From Candidatus Iainarchaeum sp. (lineage in GTDB: Archaea > Iainarchaeota > Iainarchaeia > Iainarchaeales > 0-14-0-20-34-12): 26,045 nucleotides of DNA. A program made the translations under genes and the position numbers. Position 1 is the first letter of the stretch. The number at the start of each line of letters is the position of its first letter. The stretch is taken from the NCBI GenBank assembly GCA_030649345.1, contig JAUSKK010000041.1:1-26045 (forward strand), given 5' to 3'. This document shows, in pieces, positions 21,721-26,045 of the stretch. The notes below the pieces were generated by a model. The model saw only the letters and a list, made by a program, of their open reading frames with translations. It was not told the DNA's origin and made no database searches.

Positions 21721-22986
21721 TTTGAGAATGGTTTTAGGTTTTATAAACTCTTGGGCAACTCTGTAATCTTTTTGCATTCTGGAGCTGATTTTAATTAAAT
21801 CTTTATTGGTTCGTGCTTTTTTTACAACCCAATCAAATATTTTTTCATGCAATATTAAAAATTCTAACCATTGAAATCCTCTAATTTCCGGTTCTAAAAT
21901 TTTCCATAATTGTTGATCATATTCATTCAAGCTTTGCTCGCTAAAATCATTTCGATCCAATGCACGAACAATAGTTTGTGCTGCAATTTTTCCAGTTCGC
22001 ATGCTGGGTCCAACTCCTTCTCCGCTAAAAGTCATGGCAAAGGTTCCGGCATCTCCAACCAAGACAAATCCTGAGCCAGAACATTTCCTTTGTTTGCCTA
22101 AAACACTTAATCCCCATTGTTTTACTTCTGTAACTTGTTTTGCATTCTTGAATCGTTCCTTGAATTTTTTGCTTTCAATCACTTCTTTTAATTTGTTTTC
22201 TAGCTGAATGTTTTTTCGTTCAATATCTTCCAATCGCATTCCCACTCCTACATTGCACCAATTTTGGTCTACTGGAAAAATCCAAAAATATCCTGGGCAA
22301 ATCCCTTTCAAATAATACAGTTCGCACATCCCGAGAGCGGGATGGCGGCTCGTAGTGCTTTCGCGTTGCTTCAGCACTACTTCCATGGGTCCTTGTACAT
22401 TTTCAAAATATGCTCTGGCATTCACTGCATATCTTCCTTTAATTTTTGAGCTTAATCCAACACTATTTGCAATTACGCTTTGGCTTCCATCCGCTCCTAC
22501 AATTACTTTCCCAAATTGTTCTTCTGTTTTTCCTTGCTCGTTTCTGAATTGTACTCCCATCATTTGTTTTTCTTTAAACAAAGGTTTCAAAACAATGCAT
22601 TGTTCTCTGATTGTAATGTTTTTTTCTTTTTTGCAAGCTTCCATTAAAAAATTGTCAAATGCTTCTCTGCGTACATTAAACCAAGTGTCTTTTTCTTGAA
22701 TATCTTTTTCCAATAAGGGCGTGTAAATGGTATGCCCTGAAGGCGATCCAATTAGTACTCCGTGAATTTCTTTTTTGGGTAATTTTTCAAATTCATTCCA
22801 AAGTCCCAATTCTTTTACAATATCCAAGCATTTCCATGTTTTATTGTCTGCACAGATTTTGTCTCTGGGGAATTTTTCTTTATCCAATAATAAAACTCTT
22901 TTCCCTGCTTTTCCTAGAAATAGTGCTGTGGTTGTTCCAGCTGGTCCTGCTCCGCAAACAATTGCATCAAATTCAAAATTAGGCAT
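21706..22986 (-). CDS. Geranylgeranyl reductase family FAD-dependent oxidoreductase (digeranylgeranylglycerophospholipid reductase-like)
   Basis: FDAIVCGAGPAGTTTALFLGKAGKRVLLLDK (GxGxxG), ...VIVGADGSQS..., ...CPGYFWIFP...NVGVG..., ...LVGDAG.... It carries an atypical GC-rich insertion (see 22327..22380). Confidence 0.9.
   Translation of the reverse strand: MPNFEFDAIVCGAGPAGTTTALFLGKAGKRVLLLDKEKFPRDKICADNKTWKCLDIVKELGLWNEFEKLPKKEIHGVLIGSPSGHTIYTPLLEKDIQEKDTWFNVRREAFDNFLMEACKKEKNITIREQCIVLKPLFKEKQMMGVQFRNEQGKTEEQFGKVIVGADGSQSVIANSVGLSSKIKGRYAVNARAYFENVQGPMEVVLKQRESTTSRHPALGMCELYYLKGICPGYFWIFPVDQNWCNVGVGMRLEDIERKNIQLENKLKEVIESKKFKERFKNAKQVTEVKQWGLSVLGKQRKCSGSGFVLVGDAGTFAMTFSGEGVGPSMRTGKIAAQTIVRALDRNDFSEQSLNEYDQQLWKILEPEIRGFQWLEFLILHEKIFDWVVKKARTNKDLIKISSRMQKDYRVAQEFIKPKTILKLLFG
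22327..22380. other. GC-rich, doubly palindromic in-frame patch inside the reductase gene
   Basis: CATCCCG-agag-CGGGATG (22327-22344) and GTAGTGCT-13 nt-AGCACTAC (22352-22380). The patch encodes ...VVLKQRESTTSRHPALGM... with G/C-ending codons (CTG, AAG, CGC, AGC, ACG, CCC, CTC, GGG) that are unusual in this window. Confidence 0.6.
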
Positions 22987-23015
22987 TATTTATCTTTAAT
23001 GAACTGATTTAAATT

Positions 23016-23150
23016 TCATTCCGATTTGCCGGGTTCTTCAGCGCAATCGCAGGTATATCCACATTCTGGGCAAATGATTTTGCATTGTACTTCAATGATA
23101 TTTGGACTTCCGCAGATTTCGCATTTTTTGGGCTTATCTAATTCCGGCAT
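23016..23150 (-). CDS. 44-aa zinc-ribbon protein (below the ORF-track size cutoff)
   Basis: Manual translation gives MPELDKPKKCEICGSPNIIEVQCKIICPECGYTCDCAEEPGKSE*. It has two CxxC pairs (CEIC, CPEC) plus three further Cys, an ATG start and a TGA stop. It lies between the 58-aa membrane ORF and the reductase gene on the same strand, with a TTAAATTATA-like box about 20 nt upstream. Confidence 0.6.
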   Translation of the reverse strand: MPELDKPKKCEICGSPNIIEVQCKIICPECGYTCDCAEEPGKSE

Positions 23151-23207
23151 TATACATAGCCTTAGAACTATAATTTAAGCTTTCAAAGTAAGGATTTTGA
23201 ACTTTTT

Positions 23208-23384
23208 TCACAGTTTTATTATAATTCCAGTAATCCAAGCATATCCTAGTATTATTCCAAATCCTAAGGGTGAAAAAAAGCTTTCTGCAAAAATGGCGAT
23301 TCCGTAACCTGTTCCAAATTCAGCCAGTAAATATAAAACAAAAATTGCTGTAAGTGCAGTTAAAAATAATTGAATTAAATTCAT
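23208..23384 (-). CDS. 58-aa two-helix membrane protein (below the ORF-track size cutoff)
   Basis: Manual translation gives MNLIQLFLTALTAIFVLYLLAEFGTGYGIAIFAESFFSPLGFGIILGYAWITGIIIKL*. The ATG directly abuts the TAA of the upstream gene (TAAATG), and GGAGGA (23391-23396, minus strand) lies 6 nt upstream. Confidence 0.5.
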   Translation of the reverse strand: MNLIQLFLTALTAIFVLYLLAEFGTGYGIAIFAESFFSPLGFGIILGYAWITGIIIKL

Positions 23385-23753
23385 TTAAATTCCTCCTAAA
23401 AATAAATTGTAAAAGCAAACTAAAACCAAAAATCGAATTGTGGTAATTAAAGGAATTTTTCCGCGTAATTTTTCCATATCTTCTGTTACAATGGTTAATG
23501 CTGTTTGGCTTAACATTTCCAAAGTCAAAAATGTGCCAGTTAAATACATCCATCCAGTACTTGTCATTACATCTTGTTCCAATGTCAATAGTACAAATAC
23601 AGCCATGGATGCATAGATCCAAGTTTTTCCTTCCCATAAATAAAACGCCAAAGCCGCAAACATAAATAACCATAAAAAATTGCTTATAGTGTAATTCAAA
23701 AGCCAGCCTAAATCCAATCCAATCAAATGAATGAAAAACTCCACAAAAACCAT
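23385..23753 (-). CDS. Small integral membrane protein, paralogue of 9001..9360
   Basis: See 9001..9360 for the alignment. I prefer the start at ATG 23753 (MVFVEFFIHLIGLDLG...) over the track's GTG at 23762, because the N-terminus is then colinear with MIEEVLLNVLNLNIG.... Confidence 0.65.
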   Translation of the reverse strand: MVFVEFFIHLIGLDLGWLLNYTISNFLWLFMFAALAFYLWEGKTWIYASMAVFVLLTLEQDVMTSTGWMYLTGTFLTLEMLSQTALTIVTEDMEKLRGKIPLITTIRFLVLVCFYNLFLGGI

Positions 23754-23837
23754 GTTATTCACTTTACTCCGTTCTATTAATACTAATTTTCTGAATTAAT
23801 AAGACTTTTAATTAATTTTTGCGCTTTTTAGCTAATG

Positions 23838-23845
23838 TTTAAATA
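23838..23845 (+). promoter_or_regulatory. TATA box of the tandem Lrp-like regulator gene (leaderless mRNA)
   Basis: TTTAAATA within GTTTAAATACT. 24 nt separate the box from ATG 23870. The 10-nt core TTTAAATACT is the same as at 9434. Confidence 0.55.
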
Positions 23846-23869
23846 CTTTTTTAGTCATATTTCTTAATT

Positions 23870-25003
23870 ATGGCAAAGAAAATACGTTTAACTAAAAGTG
23901 CAATCCAGCCTTTGGCTGACTGGAAAGCTTTAGCTAATTTGGATGTCAAAGACCGTAAGTTGTTGTGGTTTTTGTCTAAAAATTATCGTTTGCCATATAC
24001 TTTTTTGGCAGAACAAATTGGTTTGTCGAAAGATTCTGTAAAGTATAGAATTCAAAAATTGGAGCAAGCTGGTTTGATTTTGTCGAAAACATTTTTAGTA
24101 AATCCTGTTTGGATTGGCCATGAATATGTGACTGTTTTTTTAAGTTTTCAAAATTTGACTATGGAAAAAGAACAATCTTTGGTTCAGTTTTTTTTGAATC
24201 ATCCAGCTACCAATATTGTTTATCGTCTTGCTGGAAAATGGCAGATTTGGTGGGGTATTGATGCTCGCGATTTAATTGAATTGGATGAATTTTTGAATGA
24301 TTGCAAAATTGCCTGTGGGACTTACTTGAAAGAATACGAGATTTTGCCGGCATCCAAAGAATACAAATGGGCTAATTTAATTCCAGCTATAACTCAAGAC
24401 TTAAATTTAGGGCCTTTAATGTATTCCAAGAACGATTTTTCGTTTGAAAAAGATATTTTATCATCTCCTCCTTTGGAACTGCGCCACGGTCAAGGAATTG
24501 CTTTAACTTCAATTGAATTAGACTTAATTTCAGCTTTAAATGAAAACTCAAACATTACTGCAGATCAGCTTTGTGTTCAATTAAATTTGTCGAAAGATAC
24601 TGTTCGAAAATTGATTCAAAAACTAATTTACAGCGGAGCGGCGAATGCCTTTTGGCCTTTTTTTAATTATAAAAAACTTGGTTTGGAAACGTACGTTATG
24701 TGCATTAAATTAAAATATTTGAATGAATCTTGGGATCAAAAATTAACCAAATTTATTCAAAATCATCCTTGGATTCGAATGGGTGTAAAAGTGATTGGAT
24801 CTTGGGATGTCTTGCTGGAAATTCCTTGCAAAAATACTGCACATTTTTATGAATTATTGGATGAATTTCGCGAAGAATTCAGTGAAATTATTCAAACCTA
24901 CGAATCGTTTCCGATTGCAGACTACTTGTACTTTAATGCAACTCGTGCTTTGATTAACAATGAACGCAGGCCCAAACAGTCTTGGCTTCAACCCAAACTT
25001 TAA
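23870..25003 (+). CDS. Transcriptional regulator with two tandem Lrp/AsnC-like modules (wHTH + small alpha/beta domain, twice)
   Basis: Module 1: LDVKDRKLLWFLSKNYRLPYTFLAEQIGLSKDSVKYRIQKLEQAGLI.... Module 2: LTSIELDLISALNENSNITADQLCVQLNLSKDTVRKLIQKLIYSGA.... Each is followed by about 80 aa with a RAM-like pattern (...YVTVFL..., ...YVMCIKL...). Confidence 0.7.
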   Translation: MAKKIRLTKSAIQPLADWKALANLDVKDRKLLWFLSKNYRLPYTFLAEQIGLSKDSVKYRIQKLEQAGLILSKTFLVNPVWIGHEYVTVFLSFQNLTMEKEQSLVQFFLNHPATNIVYRLAGKWQIWWGIDARDLIELDEFLNDCKIACGTYLKEYEILPASKEYKWANLIPAITQDLNLGPLMYSKNDFSFEKDILSSPPLELRHGQGIALTSIELDLISALNENSNITADQLCVQLNLSKDTVRKLIQKLIYSGAANAFWPFFNYKKLGLETYVMCIKLKYLNESWDQKLTKFIQNHPWIRMGVKVIGSWDVLLEIPCKNTAHFYELLDEFREEFSEIIQTYESFPIADYLYFNATRALINNERRPKQSWLQPKL

Positions 25004-25015
25004 GAAAGTTTCCAA

Positions 25016-25061
25016 GTAAAATCTTGGATTTTGCGGGACACATAAAATCATTTGATTTTAT
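25016..25061. repeat. Double-hairpin intergenic module, copy B
   Basis: GTAAAATC-ttg-GATTTTGC (25016-25034) followed by ATAAAATC-attt-GATTTTAT (25042-25061). It shares ACATAAAATC(W)TTTGATTTTAT with copy A. Confidence 0.55.
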
Positions 25062-25075
25062 ATTGTGATCAAAAA

Positions 25076-25100
25076 GCTTCGCGGAAAGCCTAATTTTTTT
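25076..25100 (+). terminator. Weak hairpin plus T7 run downstream of the Lrp-like regulator
   Basis: GCTTC-gcg-GAAAGC (imperfect), then ctaa and TTTTTTT (25094-25100). The T-run overlaps the stop codon of the convergent his gene. Confidence 0.4.
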
Positions 25101-26045
25101 ACTTATTTCTCCCAGCCAATTCTTTTCCAACTTCTTTGATTGAAACATTATTTTTGGCTGCCATGACTGTCAAAAAGTATTGAATGTCTGCCAGTTCCCA
25201 AACCATATTGTTTCGATCTTGTTTTTGGTCTGCTTCAATGACTTCATTAATTTCTTCTCGAAGTTTTTTTCTTAAAAGAACTGGATTTTCAAATAGTTTT
25301 TTTGTGTACGAACTTGTTTTTGTTCTAACATTTTTTCTTGTGTAAATAATTTTTTCCAATTGATTCAAAAATGTGCTATTGGGTTTTCTGTTTCCAAAAC
25401 AAGTTTCTGTGTTTTTGTGGCAAGCCCTTGTTCCTGTTTGTTCCACTGTAAATAGGATTGTATCCTGGTCACAGTCAAATTCTACTTTTTTAATTTTTTG
25501 AATATTTCCAGATTTCTCTCCTTTCATCCACAATCTATTCCATTTTCGGCTCCAATACCATGCTTTCTCTGTTTTCCATACTTGTTCCAATGACTCAGCA
25601 TTGCTGTACGCCAGCATTAACACTTCTCTTGTACTTTCCTCTTGTACTATTGTTGGAATCAGTTTCTGTTTTTTAAAATCCAGCAAAGGAATGATAAATT
25701 TAGATAAATTTACTTGATTGGCATACAAAGCCATTCCTAGAACTGAATTGATGTTTTGTTTTTCTAGTTTTTTTATTTCTGAAATTTTGGATATTCCTCC
25801 AGCCACAGTTAATTGATTTTTTGTAGTTTTCTTTAATTCCTGAATTGTTTTCCAGTCAATTCCATTCATTTTTCCTTCTCTGTCAATGCAAGTATACAAA
25901 AATTCAGAACAATATCTTTCCAACTTTTTTGCCCGTTCCAATGTTGTTTCTTGCAGTTCTTTTGTCCATCCATTGATTGAAATTTTTCCTTTTTTTGAAT
26001 CCAATGCCACAATAATTTTGTCTTTTCCAATAGCTTTTTTTAATT
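25099..26045 (-). CDS. hisIE: HisA(-like) fused to HisI and HisE (ProFAR isomerase C-terminal part + PR-AMP cyclohydrolase + PR-ATP pyrophosphatase). The 5' end lies beyond the right edge.
   Basis: The frame stays open to position 26045 (...LKKAIGKDKIIVALDSKKGKISINGW...). HisA-like: ...YTCIDREGKMNGIDW...LTVAGGIS...GMALY.... HisI: ...LIPTIVQEESTREVLMLAYSNAESL...AWYWSRKWNRLWMKGEKSGN...FDCDQDTILF.... HisE: ...SYTKKLF...KKLREE..E.....ELADIQYFLTV.... Confidence 0.85.
   Translation of the reverse strand, partial: LKKAIGKDKIIVALDSKKGKISINGWTKELQETTLERAKKLERYCSEFLYTCIDREGKMNGIDWKTIQELKKTTKNQLTVAGGISKISEIKKLEKQNINSVLGMALYANQVNLSKFIIPLLDFKKQKLIPTIVQEESTREVLMLAYSNAESLEQVWKTEKAWYWSRKWNRLWMKGEKSGNIQKIKKVEFDCDQDTILFTVEQTGTRACHKNTETCFGNRKPNSTFLNQLEKIIYTRKNVRTKTSSYTKKLFENPVLLRKKLREEINEVIEADQKQDRNNMVWELADIQYFLTVMAAKNNVSIKEVGKELAGRNK

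Noticed and set aside
22355-22699. 114-aa plus-strand ORF, together with 22001..22207, 22264..22449 and 22775..22999, antisense to the reductase gene.
   Set aside because: These are shadow ORFs inside a confidently identified minus-strand gene. Their sequences are low-complexity Phe/Ser/Leu-rich, as is typical of antisense frames in AT-rich DNA.
23320-23673. 117-aa minus-strand ORF overlapping 23385..23762 in another frame.
   Set aside because: It is out of frame with the membrane protein that has a clear paralogue at 9001..9360. Its 3' part is better explained by the separate 58-aa ORF with its own RBS.

Overview
This window is gene-dense and AT-rich (roughly one-third G+C by eye, not computed). 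It reads as archaeal, probably from a small-genome, DPANN-like lineage. Supporting markers are diphthine synthase, Trm5, Dpo4/DinB, a geranylgeranyl reductase, TrmB- and Lrp/AsnC-type regulators, a KaiC-like ATPase, and TTTAAATA TATA boxes 22-24 nt upstream of ATGs, which imply leaderless mRNAs. These sit alongside bacterial-type salvage enzymes: a long Zn-lid adenylate kinase and CoaBC plus a type II pantothenate kinase. I call 34 protein-coding features. Three are absent from the ORF track: a 5' gene fragment at the left edge, a 44-aa zinc ribbon and a 58-aa membrane protein. I recognised no rRNA, tRNA, CRISPR array, transposase or integrase. The points most worth a second look are these. 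(1) An uncharacterised protein family occurs three times (1..621, 12355..13419, 13470..14549) and carries a repeated G-x-x-H / strand-Glu signature reminiscent of the Tiki/TraB superfamily. Two copies are tandem with Arg/Lys-rich leaders, and one is interrupted by an in-frame TGA exactly where its paralogue has a GGA Gly codon. (2) Arg/Lys-rich terminal tails recur on otherwise unrelated enzymes. (3) A GC-rich, doubly palindromic, frame-preserving patch of about 54 nt sits inside the geranylgeranyl reductase gene. (4) One operon encodes four consecutive predicted phosphotransferases. (5) A membrane-protein / divergent HTH-regulator cassette is duplicated and shares a TTTAAATACT promoter core. 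(6) Four AAAGCTTT palindromes cluster in the longest intergenic region, and a double-hairpin module occurs twice. All family assignments come from motif recognition by eye, with no searches run.
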